Numbered from the stretch's first letter, positions 9,352 to 18,632 are shown. The stretch: DNA of 48,136 bases from Candidatus Woesearchaeota archaeon (GCA_014729495.1 WJJV01000112.1:1-48136), one strand, 5' to 3'. Translations and numbers: made by a program. The notes: a model not told the origin generated them from the sequence alone.

Positions 9352-12327
9352 TCATGTACTGAAATCTATTGTGAACTCATCCTGACCTATCATCTCAATG
9401 CTTGCTGAGTCAATCACCATATCCTCATTTCTGATCCTGAAACAGTAGCAGCCTCTCTCAGGAACAGTGATATGCGATGTCCTCTCTTTCTGCCCGTCCT
9501 GCCATTCAACTGTATCAGTATGCACCTCTTCGCCAGGATCTGAGCACTCACCTTTGAGTATGTGATAGGCTATCCTCAGCCAGTCCACTCCGAGCTGAGC
9601 CCTGAAGACCTTGTCAGGTATGAATGTGACCTCTCCATTCAGGCCGTGCATCCTGATTATGTGGTTTGTCGAAGACTCAATAGAGAGCCCCAGCTTGCCT
9701 GTCCTTACCTCATTTGTCTTGCTTGCTGGATTGGTTCCTGCACACTCAATCTCAGGCTTAAGCTCTTCAGGCTCTGCTGCCTCCACATCAATGACATACT
9801 CCTCAGCTTCCCTTACACTGATATCATCAAGATCAGTATAGACTGCCTCAAGGTCATTTCCGGACATAAAGTATTCATCATGCTCAGCAAGAACCCTTGA
9901 GGCTGCCCTTGTCCCAAGGACATCATATCCAGCAGCCACAAGCCCAAGATTGCCGTTGTTCTCGTAGAGCCTGAGTATTCCTGTATCCGGCCTTATTGTG
10001 CTCTCTTTTCCGCACGCAGGGAAGTCCAGACCCATAAGCTCTGCTGATACACTGTTAACACAAGGGCCTCCTATTGAGATTATGTTCCGGCTTTTCTCCA
10101 TCCCATCCATCTCGCTTGCCAGCTTAGCTGTGCCTGAGTCTATCTCATCTAGTACATACCTCTCTTTCTCCTCTATTATCTCAAGCTCTGAATAATGAGG
10201 AGCTATGAAGAAGTCATCTGTGAGCTCATTGTCTGGATAGTTCATGATGACCCATTGCTTGTCTTCATCATCATACAGAACATCTGTGGAGTATATTGTC
10301 GCTGACCTTATTGTGTCGCTGTTGCCTTCAGATATATCATGCCATCCTGCTTTGAGCAGGAGTGACCTGATATCATATATCTGCTGGAATGTGGAGCCGA
10401 ATGTTCCATTGGCCATGTTTGCTGCATAGAAGGCTTCAGGCAGCCCTCCTGGAATGCCCTGGCCTGCGTAAAGCCCTGCAGTCATAGCGATTATTGAGTT
10501 CCTATAAAGAACAAGCTCGTCTTTGGGACGTTCTATATCTATCTCTTCATTGGCAAGGTCAGGGTATAGCTTTATGCTAATGTTTGTTACATAATCTGAA
10601 GTCTCATCATCTGTCTCCTCCAGAAGATGGAATGTCGCATTCTCTCCCTCTGTATCAAGCGTGAAAGTGGCTCCTTTGCCTGTCTCAGCAGGCTGGTCAA
10701 GAACAGAATCAGTGATGTTGACAATGCCGTTGGTCTCGTCTATTATCATCTGGATATTGCCTATGCCTGAAAGGTATAATACTGAGGGAGCTGTTGTGCT
10801 GTCTGTGTAATCCTCATCATCATGATCCCTGCTGTAAGTCCTGTCATAAATATCAATCTTATCTTTTGAAGTGTCTATGTCTCTTATCTCAAGGATGTGA
10901 AGCTCTTCGCCTGTTGTGACAGCGAATATCAGGCTGCCTTCGCATTCTTTGACAGATGTCTTATTGCAGATATCACCTTCCATGAGGAGCTGTTCATCAT
11001 CATCCTCTCCGAACAGCACAGCTGAGCCATTCATGTAGAGAGGTATTGCCGCTTTCCTGCCGTCATTGTTGTCCAATAATATCTCTGCTTCGTCATCCCC
11101 GTCTGTCTCTATCTGTATTGACTCTATAATATAGTTGACTCCGCCATGCACCATCTTAAAGCTCTGGAAAACAGGATCAAGCATCTCTTCCTCTTCACTG
11201 AGATAAATATCATCTTCAGGCTCATAGCTTATGTTGAATCCTTTCCATTCACCTGCGATTCCCTGGAAGTAGACTCTTGATCCGCTGACATCCATGCCGT
11301 CAATCTCTACTTCATTGCCGTCCTCAAGCGTCAGCTCTGATGCTCCGAGGCTGAGCCTGCATATATCAGTGTCCTGAAGTTCAGAATGCACAGCCACAGC
11401 TTCAGCCAATCCTATGGTGATTCCGTTGATCTCCCTGCTGGAGCCTTTACTTATCCAGAGGATATCTCCATCAACAGATACTCCGCACATGTCCTCATCA
11501 TCATTCACATCCATTACCTCTATCTCATGCTCAGTTCCTTCTATGATCCTGTTTAGTGTCTTTCCCTGCTGGAGCCATAATATGCTGTCGCCTGAAAGCA
11601 GAGTCAGCTTGTTTATCCTGTAGCCTCCAGATGCTCCTGCATCTCCTACATAGGTTATTGTGTAATCCCTGCCCTGGATAGTAAGCAGTGTGTCTTCCAG
11701 GTCATCTGAGGGCCTCTGGCCTGATGCTGAGCTGTTCGTGTACTCAACAGGATCATCGAACTCCAGTGAGTAATCATAGATCAGGTCACTGCTGTCAAAG
11801 AGCACATAAGGTCCTGAATCCCTGCCATCAGGCTGGTGCAGCTTTGCCACGCCTGATTCAGAATCATCTATGAATCGGAGTATCTGCCTGTACCTGTTGC
11901 TGTTTGATGTCTCTCCTTCATCATCCTCATAGGTCTCCTCAGCAAGTATCACCGGCAGTTCATTCTCACCGATCCTCTCATAGACATCAGCCAGGCTGTC
12001 AAGTCCTGGAGTATAATGATTGCCTGGCCGGTCAATCCTGAAAGCCCCTTCCATATCCCTTATGGCAAGATCAAGGGCTATACTCTTCCCTTGTTTCATA
12101 GCATACTGAAGCCCTGTGCCTATATCTATTGCTCCGATGACATCTCCTGGATCAGCTTCATCACCTATCACTATCACTGCATCTAGTGAGCCGTCATCTA
12201 TGAATATCTCTGGGTAGAATTCAAGATCAGGAGGGTTAGCAAGTACGCAGAAAGAGTTTATGATGATGAACGCAAGCGCAACAGGAAAGATGATGGCTTC
12301 AGTCCTGATATTATTGATCTTATACAC
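9352..12327 (-). CDS. S-layer-like large secreted surface protein
   Basis: About 990-1018 aa and acidic. The motifs DAVIVIGDEA..DVIGAIDI and NIISIGGPCVNSVSAEL resemble archaeal S-layer domain ends. The GTG at 12327 gives a classic signal peptide, MYKINNIRTEAIIFPVALAFIIINSFCVLA, and sits about 25 nt downstream of a TATA-like box. The ORF-track ATG at 12408 is the alternative start. Confidence 0.6.
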   Translation of the reverse strand: MYKINNIRTEAIIFPVALAFIIINSFCVLANPPDLEFYPEIFIDDGSLDAVIVIGDEADPGDVIGAIDIGTGLQYAMKQGKSIALDLAIRDMEGAFRIDRPGNHYTPGLDSLADVYERIGENELPVILAEETYEDDEGETSNSNRYRQILRFIDDSESGVAKLHQPDGRDSGPYVLFDSSDLIYDYSLEFDDPVEYTNSSASGQRPSDDLEDTLLTIQGRDYTITYVGDAGASGGYRINKLTLLSGDSILWLQQGKTLNRIIEGTEHEIEVMDVNDDEDMCGVSVDGDILWISKGSSREINGITIGLAEAVAVHSELQDTDICRLSLGASELTLEDGNEVEIDGMDVSGSRVYFQGIAGEWKGFNISYEPEDDIYLSEEEEMLDPVFQSFKMVHGGVNYIIESIQIETDGDDEAEILLDNNDGRKAAIPLYMNGSAVLFGEDDDEQLLMEGDICNKTSVKECEGSLIFAVTTGEELHILEIRDIDTSKDKIDIYDRTYSRDHDDEDYTDSTTAPSVLYLSGIGNIQMIIDETNGIVNITDSVLDQPAETGKGATFTLDTEGENATFHLLEETDDETSDYVTNISIKLYPDLANEEIDIERPKDELVLYRNSIIAMTAGLYAGQGIPGGLPEAFYAANMANGTFGSTFQQIYDIRSLLLKAGWHDISEGNSDTIRSATIYSTDVLYDDEDKQWVIMNYPDNELTDDFFIAPHYSELEIIEEKERYVLDEIDSGTAKLASEMDGMEKSRNIISIGGPCVNSVSAELMGLDFPACGKESTIRPDTGILRLYENNGNLGLVAAGYDVLGTRAASRVLAEHDEYFMSGNDLEAVYTDLDDISVREAEEYVIDVEAAEPEELKPEIECAGTNPASKTNEVRTGKLGLSIESSTNHIIRMHGLNGEVTFIPDKVFRAQLGVDWLRIAYHILKGECSDPGEEVHTDTVEWQDGQKERTSHITVPERGCYCFRIRNEDMVIDSASIEMIGQDEFTIDFST

Positions 12328-12425
12328 CTCTTTATGATCTAAGAATAGGATATAAGTATAGTTGATATATAAAAGTTTTGCATGATAATGCTGATAATGC
12401 ATTACCAATCATAAAGGACTGGCAT

Positions 12426-12728
12426 TCAGAACTCTGACTTGTCAACCATATAGATGAACATTATCTTTGATGCAGACTCTATCCTCTGGCACTGCACCTT
12501 GCCGTTGAACTTCAGCTCATCCCTCAGCTGTCTGGGTATAAGGAAGTATTTTGTTGCCTCATTCTTGCCCCTCTGGCTAAGATTGGCCTCAAGCTGTGAA
12601 TTATGCAGAGAGAAAAGATGGATCTTGTCCATATGTCCCTGAAGCTGCTTTGCTTCATCATAGTCAACAGCAACCTCAAAGACCACTTTCCGGTCATCCC
12701 TTATCCTTGAAGATATTATATTGCCCAT
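12426..12728 (-). CDS. Small protein with an AbrB/SpoVT-like C-terminal half (tentative)
   Basis: 100 aa. SQRGKNEATKYFLIPRQLRDELKFNGKV matches the RGK..x..IPxxxRxxL pattern of archaeal AbrB-type swapped-hairpin domains. It lies directly upstream of the S-layer-like gene on the same strand. Confidence 0.45.
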   Translation of the reverse strand: MGNIISSRIRDDRKVVFEVAVDYDEAKQLQGHMDKIHLFSLHNSQLEANLSQRGKNEATKYFLIPRQLRDELKFNGKVQCQRIESASKIMFIYMVDKSEF

Positions 12729-13054
12729 GATATGTTGCCTCTGTGGTCTGCGTACAAGATTATTGCACTGATAAGACAGGATAAATGCAATTATTTAAAA
12801 AATTTATGGATAAAAAAATTGTTTTTGGGATAAAACAGGAATTGCCTATCCAGCCTGATCATTGCATTCAGTTGAATATCAATTATTGTAGATTGACTAT
12901 AGGAGAAAGCAATCAGTATTCATCATCATTATTTATCCAGAATAAGATTATCAGGATAAGAATTGATGGGTAAAGCTTAATAGTAAAGATATCAAACAAT
13001 CATAAGAGGTGTATTTTTATCAAAGCAAAATATTTTCCGATAATCTCTTATGCA

Positions 13055-14590
13055 GTGCAGTCAAGAGGGCCTGTCCTGAGCGGACTTTTCACTGATAATG
13101 GCCTTGGACTTCTTGCAGCTTATATTGAACGTGCAGGATACAAGCCAGTGATATTTGATTATAACAACACTGAAACAATAAGAGATGTTGCTCAGCATGG
13201 CAAAGAAGGGTTTGTCAAAGGAGCTGTTGATGAGATTGATCAGTTTGTGAAGCAGAAAGAGCTCAGCATTATAGGATTCAAGGCATATGCAAATGGATTC
13301 AGGGATACTGTGAGCATGATAAGCCAGCTTAAGCATAGGAATCCTAAGCTAAAGGTGGTCATAGGAGGCCCGCATGTAGGGTGGTTCGGAAAGCATATTC
13401 TTAATGCGAGCACTGAGGCAGACTATGCAATAATCGGTGAAGCAGAGGAATCGCTTCCTATGCTGATTGATAGTGTCTACAAAGGAGGCACTGTGCAGGA
13501 TATACCAAACCTCATTTACAGGCATGGGAAAGATTTGGTTCAGAACCCCCGGAAGTTCACTAAGCTTGATGATCTCCTCCACCCCATATACAATAAAGAG
13601 GTCTATAGGGATATTGAGAGCAAGATATTCGTGCCTGTTGTTGAGAACAGCAGAGGATGCTGGTGGAACAAGTGCAGTTTCTGCGCATATCCTCTCACTA
13701 ATGGGCTATTCAGGCAGAGGCCGGTTGAACAGGTGGTGGCAGAGCTTGAGCACAACAAGAATACATTCGGAGCAGCATTCTCAAGGCTTGCTGACCCAAG
13801 CCCTTCTCCAAAAGCTCTTCACAAGCTTGTTGATAATCTAGGGCCTGAATACAGGCTCAGCTCATTCATCAGGACAGCAAAAGGATATGATTTTGAGAAG
13901 CTGGCGCGCAATTTCATAACATTCTTTGTGGGAGTTGAGTCAGCAAACCATCATGCACTCAAGAATGTGCTCAACAAGACCAATGACCCTGAAAGATACC
14001 TTGCAGATGCCAGAAAGATGCTTTCTGATGCAGAAAGAGCAGGGATCTCAATGAATGTGTCAATGATCATACCTTCCCCTGGAGAGACAGACGAGACAAT
14101 GCAGGAAAGCATTGATTTTATACTTGAGACCCAGCCCCATTATTTCACCTGCCTTCCTCTGGGCCCGATACCTGGAAGGCCTGTTTCAGAAAAAGCGCTT
14201 GAACAGGGAGAATCAGGAGATCTTGTCCTGAAAGATAGCCATCTGTCTGAAGGCATATTCTATGAGGTAGACCCATTGCTCCCTCATGACCAGTGGATGG
14301 ATCCATTGTGGTATCTAAGGGTGAATGGCGAGCTGCATCCCAATGCTTTTGAGATCACAAAAGAGCTTATCGGGCAGACTATGGAAGCAGGAATACCTCC
14401 ATCTTCTGATGAAGTTGTACTTATGGCATATCTGATGAACAACGGACTGAGTGATGTCAAGGAAGAGAACAGAAGACAAGTGTTTGATTTCATGATGAAA
14501 GCAAGGGCAAGCCTTGCAGAAGGGAACTTTGAAGAGACAGAGAAGCTGAAAGATACTATAAATGCCAATCAGGGAATAAGATGGCCATAA
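13055..14590 (+). CDS. B12-binding-domain radical SAM protein
   Basis: The N-terminal Rossmann-like B12 module contains KVVIGGPHVG. The radical SAM core is ENSRGCWWNKCSFCAY; note the CX4CX2C spacing. The GTG start at 13055 lies about 24 nt downstream of the AAAATATTTT box. The upstream in-frame sequence is also open, so the start is uncertain. Confidence 0.8.
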   Translation: MQSRGPVLSGLFTDNGLGLLAAYIERAGYKPVIFDYNNTETIRDVAQHGKEGFVKGAVDEIDQFVKQKELSIIGFKAYANGFRDTVSMISQLKHRNPKLKVVIGGPHVGWFGKHILNASTEADYAIIGEAEESLPMLIDSVYKGGTVQDIPNLIYRHGKDLVQNPRKFTKLDDLLHPIYNKEVYRDIESKIFVPVVENSRGCWWNKCSFCAYPLTNGLFRQRPVEQVVAELEHNKNTFGAAFSRLADPSPSPKALHKLVDNLGPEYRLSSFIRTAKGYDFEKLARNFITFFVGVESANHHALKNVLNKTNDPERYLADARKMLSDAERAGISMNVSMIIPSPGETDETMQESIDFILETQPHYFTCLPLGPIPGRPVSEKALEQGESGDLVLKDSHLSEGIFYEVDPLLPHDQWMDPLWYLRVNGELHPNAFEITKELIGQTMEAGIPPSSDEVVLMAYLMNNGLSDVKEENRRQVFDFMMKARASLAEGNFEETEKLKDTINANQGIRWP

Positions 14591-15372
14591 AGACAATACT
14601 AGCCCAAACAAAAGAAGAGCTTGAGATGGGAGCGCTCGTGAGATTTAAAGTATTTGCTGATGACGAAGGAAGCCTTATCCCATCTGATTTCCCATCTGGC
14701 AGAGAGATAGATGGGTTTGATATCCATCAAACATCTGCAATGATAATTGCCTTGGATGCTGATGAACCTGTAGGCACAGTAAGAGTGCTTCTTGAGAACA
14801 GAGAGATTGCTGATAGAAATGGATGGGATTATGGCCTTGACATAGAGACTATGTATTCCCTCAGACCCTACAAAGATAGAGAAATAGCTATTGCAGAAGT
14901 TCCCCGCACATGTGTTATTAAGTCACACAGAAGAGGTCCTGTTCTGATGGAACTTTACAAGAAGGTTTACCAGTTCTGCAGGGATGCTGATGTGACTCAT
15001 GTATGCGGGTCTGTATCAACTTATTCTGATAATATAAAGGATGCTGAGATAATATATTACCTGATCAGAAAGAAAGGAATGCTGGGAGATATTGAACTTC
15101 CAAGAAAAGAGAGTCATATAAAGTCAGAGGGTATAAAGATAGACCAGTATCCTGATCTGGATGATTCTTCACCTGACACTATAGAAAAATATCTAAAAAG
15201 AGGCGATGAGCTTCGACTTCCAGGAATTGTAAGAGTCCTCAGTAATCTTGGAGTAAAGATAGTAGGGCAGCCAGAGTATTACAGGAAATTTGACAGATAT
15301 ATTCTGCCTATGTCACTTGAACTCAGCAGTATTCCAGAACCGGCAAAATCTTATTTTGAGAGCAAATCATAA
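14581..15372 (+). CDS. GNAT-fold N-acyl amino acid synthase / LuxI-like acyltransferase (FeeM / exosortase-associated acyltransferase-like)
   Basis: The pattern A.TKEELE....LRFKVF..E.G.....FP.G.EIDGFD..S.......EPVGTVRVLL ... IAEVPR..V matches the Acetyltransf_5 / TIGR exosortase-acyltransferase family as I remember it. The ATG overlaps the radical SAM stop by 10 nt. Confidence 0.6.
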   Translation: MAIKTILAQTKEELEMGALVRFKVFADDEGSLIPSDFPSGREIDGFDIHQTSAMIIALDADEPVGTVRVLLENREIADRNGWDYGLDIETMYSLRPYKDREIAIAEVPRTCVIKSHRRGPVLMELYKKVYQFCRDADVTHVCGSVSTYSDNIKDAEIIYYLIRKKGMLGDIELPRKESHIKSEGIKIDQYPDLDDSSPDTIEKYLKRGDELRLPGIVRVLSNLGVKIVGQPEYYRKFDRYILPMSLELSSIPEPAKSYFESKS

Positions 15373-16011
15373 GCTCTTAGAAATATCCTTTATCCCTGAA
15401 ACAATATCTTTTGTTCTCTGTGCTTTGTAATTGGAATCCTTATCATTCCACTCTTCAACAGGCTTAATCATAAATTCACACTTCTTTTTTCCTGTTGCCA
15501 TACAAGAAGTTTCTACACAAAAAACCTTTATTCCAATAACTTCTTCAATAAAACCTGCACAACTCCCTCTTCCAAAGTGATCAACCTGGTGTTTCTGTAT
15601 CCCAAATATCTTCCGATATTCCTCTGCGTATGTAGAATACCCACTTAATATAAACAGATTATTCTTAAAATCTATGACTTTCCATTCCCATTTCCCCCAT
15701 CCAGCAAGCTCGCCCTGTCCTGTGTTAAACTGCAGGAGTTTTTTCTTGTCTGTGATTGTCTTTGCATACCCAAAATTCTGAGTTATAATCTTATAGACAT
15801 TTTTTGCCTGATATCTTCCCTGTTCATAAAAGAAGGTCATTGCTTCTTTTATACCTAAATTCTTTTCCATAATCCTATTAAGATAAACTGTTGAGAACAA
15901 AGGAAATACATTGCCAGGTGTATTCCAGAGAAGAAATTTTCCATCCTTAATTTGTATGGACTTAAATCTGAGTACTTTCTGCACTATTGAAGGAGGGGCC
16001 CTGAAACTCAT
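15367..16011 (-). CDS. V4R (4-vinyl reductase) domain small-molecule-binding protein
   Basis: The C-terminal GRGSCAGFIEEVIGIKVFCVETSCMATGKKKCEF is the hallmark V4R Cys pattern. This is the last gene of the sensor / KaiC / V4R operon. Its stop overlaps the GNAT stop tail-to-tail (TCATAA). Confidence 0.75.
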   Translation of the reverse strand: MSFRAPPSIVQKVLRFKSIQIKDGKFLLWNTPGNVFPLFSTVYLNRIMEKNLGIKEAMTFFYEQGRYQAKNVYKIITQNFGYAKTITDKKKLLQFNTGQGELAGWGKWEWKVIDFKNNLFILSGYSTYAEEYRKIFGIQKHQVDHFGRGSCAGFIEEVIGIKVFCVETSCMATGKKKCEFMIKPVEEWNDKDSNYKAQRTKDIVSGIKDISKSL

Positions 16012-16022
16012 ATTTATTCATC

Positions 16023-16775
16023 TCACTTTATAGTATGCACTTTCAAACCCTTGCTGCTTATCTCCAGAGGGTGTATATCCTCATCATTATGGGTGCCTCT
16101 CATTTTCCTTATGAGAAGACTTCTTGAATACTCTCCGCCCATTGACTCAAATGTGAGAAGAAGTACACCATCTGCCTGGAACTCAGACACAGTATCCCTG
16201 GAAAGATATTCTCCTTTCTCAGGAGCCTCTGAAGTGACAAGTGTTGTGCAGCCGAGGCTCTTCAGGTCTGTGAGAAATCCATAGATGAACCTCTTTATCA
16301 CAAAATCTCCAAGAACTGGAGGTGAGAAGAATGCCTTGTAGTTCATTATATCTCTCAGTGCTATGTCCTTTATAGGAGTATAGATAGGTGCATTGACAGC
16401 AAGTGTGGACAGTGAGTCAACAACAAGCCTTGTGACTTTTCTTTTCCTGACCTCTGCCTTTATCTCATCTATTGAGTGAGGCCCCAGAGAGTCTGCTGGT
16501 ATGTGCATGAGGGTCAGCTTTCCGCTCTTCTCCAGCTTTGATATATCAAGGCCTATGCCTTTTGCCTGCTCCCTGATGCTGTCAAGGCTCTGCTCAAGGG
16601 TTATGTACATTGATTTTTCTTTGAACTTGGATACTCCATTATGGATATACTCAAGGGTAAAAAGGGTCTTTCCTGTTCCTGGAGTGCCTATGACAAGTAC
16701 TGTGTGGCCCTGCGGTATCCCTCCCTCTATAAGCTTGTCAAATCCCTGGACTCCTGTCTTGATTCTCTTTGCCAT
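16023..16775 (-). CDS. KaiC-like / RecA-superfamily single-domain ATPase
   Basis: IKTGVQGFDKLIEGGIPQG, Walker A GTPGTGKT, Walker B RLVVDSL. Paralog of 8543-9241. Confidence 0.85.
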   Translation of the reverse strand: MAKRIKTGVQGFDKLIEGGIPQGHTVLVIGTPGTGKTLFTLEYIHNGVSKFKEKSMYITLEQSLDSIREQAKGIGLDISKLEKSGKLTLMHIPADSLGPHSIDEIKAEVRKRKVTRLVVDSLSTLAVNAPIYTPIKDIALRDIMNYKAFFSPPVLGDFVIKRFIYGFLTDLKSLGCTTLVTSEAPEKGEYLSRDTVSEFQADGVLLLTFESMGGEYSRSLLIRKMRGTHNDEDIHPLEISSKGLKVHTIK

Positions 16776-16779
16776 TGGT

Positions 16780-17718
16780 TCACCTCTTGGATTTCTTTGT
16801 TTTCTTTGATTTTGCTTGGTTTTTTCTGGATGATTTTTTCTTATATTCCTTGATATTGCCAGACTCTTTTGCCTGCGGAGTTATCTCAATCTTTCTCTTA
16901 TGCACCCCATCTTTAGGCACCTGTATGAATCCATTGGCAGCCCAGTACCTCAGCTGCTCCTCAAGGTCGAATATCTCGCTCAGGTCCCTCAAGAAGAATG
17001 CCTCTCCTATCTGATTCCCTTTTGAATCATGCAATGCAGTCAGATTGCTGACGACTATTATGGTTGAGCCGTCTTTTCTTCTTATGGGCAGGACAAAGTC
17101 CTCTACTTTCCCCCCTTTATTGAACTGCTGGAACTTCTCCTTCACCTTGTCCCTGACCATCTTGGAGGGGAATGCCCTGTCAAACAGCTCCTTCTCTGTC
17201 TGGATATCCTTCTCAGAGTATCCGGTCATCTTAAGGAACTCATTGTTTATTATCAGCAGCCCGTCTGCTCTCTTGAACCCTATTATGGGAATTCCTGAAT
17301 TCTCCAGAACATTCCTCACAAAATCCTCTGATTTCTTGTATTTCTTCTCTATCTCATCCTTTGCCTTCACGATCTCTTTCAGCCCAAGCCCCTTGCCTGT
17401 CCTCATCACAGCCAGCTTCATGCTTATGAGTATCCTGTTGAGTGACTTTGTAAGGTCTTCCAATTCGTCAATCCTGCAGGATTCCATTGATACTGTAAAG
17501 TCCCCTTCTGTTATCCTTTCTATGCCTGAGGATATCTTTGATATTGATGAGCTCATGCACCTTGATACAGCAATGAACAGTGTAAAGGACAGCACCAGTG
17601 TGATTATTATGGTTATGATATGCCCATAAGCGACCTCATCAAGAAAAAGGTACCAGGAAGACAGCACAAGAGCGGTTATTATCAGGAAACCTATTGTTAT
17701 AATCTGTCCAAGCTTCAT
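16780..17718 (-). CDS. Membrane sensor with two TM segments, a HAMP-like linker and a PAS domain, with no recognisable output domain
   Basis: Two N-terminal TM helices are followed by ISSGIERITEGDFTVSMES.RIDELEDLTKSLNRILISM (HAMP-like). The PAS-like region is FVRNVLENSGIPIIGFKRADGLLIINNEFLKMTGYSEKDI. The tail is Lys-rich. The stop lies 4 nt before the KaiC-like start. Confidence 0.7.
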   Translation of the reverse strand: MKLGQIITIGFLIITALVLSSWYLFLDEVAYGHIITIIITLVLSFTLFIAVSRCMSSSISKISSGIERITEGDFTVSMESCRIDELEDLTKSLNRILISMKLAVMRTGKGLGLKEIVKAKDEIEKKYKKSEDFVRNVLENSGIPIIGFKRADGLLIINNEFLKMTGYSEKDIQTEKELFDRAFPSKMVRDKVKEKFQQFNKGGKVEDFVLPIRRKDGSTIIVVSNLTALHDSKGNQIGEAFFLRDLSEIFDLEEQLRYWAANGFIQVPKDGVHKRKIEITPQAKESGNIKEYKKKSSRKNQAKSKKTKKSKR

Positions 17719-17933
17719 TTCTATCCTCTTTTAATATTTTAATGCAATATATGAAGTTTAGTATTATAACAAACCCTCTGTATATAAATGTTTTTCCATA
17801 TTTAGATTAGTATACATAATATAACTATATAATAATTTAACCAGATAATAAACTAATCAAGTGATAATAATTACTACTTAGTATAGCTTATTAGAAGAAT
17901 ACATATCTAAGAGATAGTTAAGCAGGCATCTGA

Positions 17934-18620
17934 TCAGATATGATCAAGGATCTCCCTCAGGTCTTTCTTCTCAATCACCACATCCGCAACCTGTGCCAGG
18001 CTGTCAGACTTGCAGTTGAATGCTATTGAGAGGCCTGCTGCCTCTGCTGCCTGGATGTCATTCTCATGGTCTCCGACAAATACGCACTCGTCTGGCGAGA
18101 TGCTCTCTCTTTTGCATATCTCTTTCAGGGCTGATGCCTTGTGCTCAAAATCATGGGCAGTCGCTTTTCCTCCTGAGATATTGCCGTGCTCATCAAAATA
18201 GATATGGTTTATGAACACATCATCAAAATAATCATTGTAGTCTGGCATCACCTTTTCAATAGCGATGTTCAGGCTGCCTGATATTATTGCGAGCTTGAGC
18301 CCTCTTCTCTTGAGTTCCTTTAGGGCCTCCATGGCTCCAGGCATCAGCTTAAGGGGCTCCAGAGCCTCCATGATCTCCTTCTTTGTTGCACCGACCTCTT
18401 TCCACATCTCAAGATCCCCTGTCATCCACTGCTCATAGCTTATCCTCTTGCTGAAGAAATCCTCAGCAGCCTTCTGCCTTTTTTCCTTGTCTGTCTTCAC
18501 ATGGTCGTGTATTGTCTGCCAGATGAATACTGTCTCATCTATTATAGTGCCGTCAAGGTCAAAGCATATCAGCCTGAACTTCTGTTTCTTATCTTTCTCT
18601 TCTGCCATATCTTCTGTCAT
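17934..18620 (-). CDS. HAD-superfamily phosphatase (SerB/HAD-IB-like)
   Basis: Motif I FDLDGTIID, motif III K, motif IV GDHENDIQAAEAAG. Confidence 0.75.
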   Translation of the reverse strand: MTEDMAEEKDKKQKFRLICFDLDGTIIDETVFIWQTIHDHVKTDKEKRQKAAEDFFSKRISYEQWMTGDLEMWKEVGATKKEIMEALEPLKLMPGAMEALKELKRRGLKLAIISGSLNIAIEKVMPDYNDYFDDVFINHIYFDEHGNISGGKATAHDFEHKASALKEICKRESISPDECVFVGDHENDIQAAEAAGLSIAFNCKSDSLAQVADVVIEKKDLREILDHI

Positions 18621-18632
18621 ATTATCACAAAA

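Noticed and set aside
12972-13054. Extending the radical SAM gene upstream to an ATC/ATT start behind the GAGGTG at 13005-13010
   Set aside because: The upstream in-frame sequence (CIFIKAKYFPIISYA) looks protein-like. However, it needs a rare non-canonical start, whereas the GTG at 13055 sits about 24 nt downstream of a TATA-like box in a leaderless geometry. It is left as a stated uncertainty.
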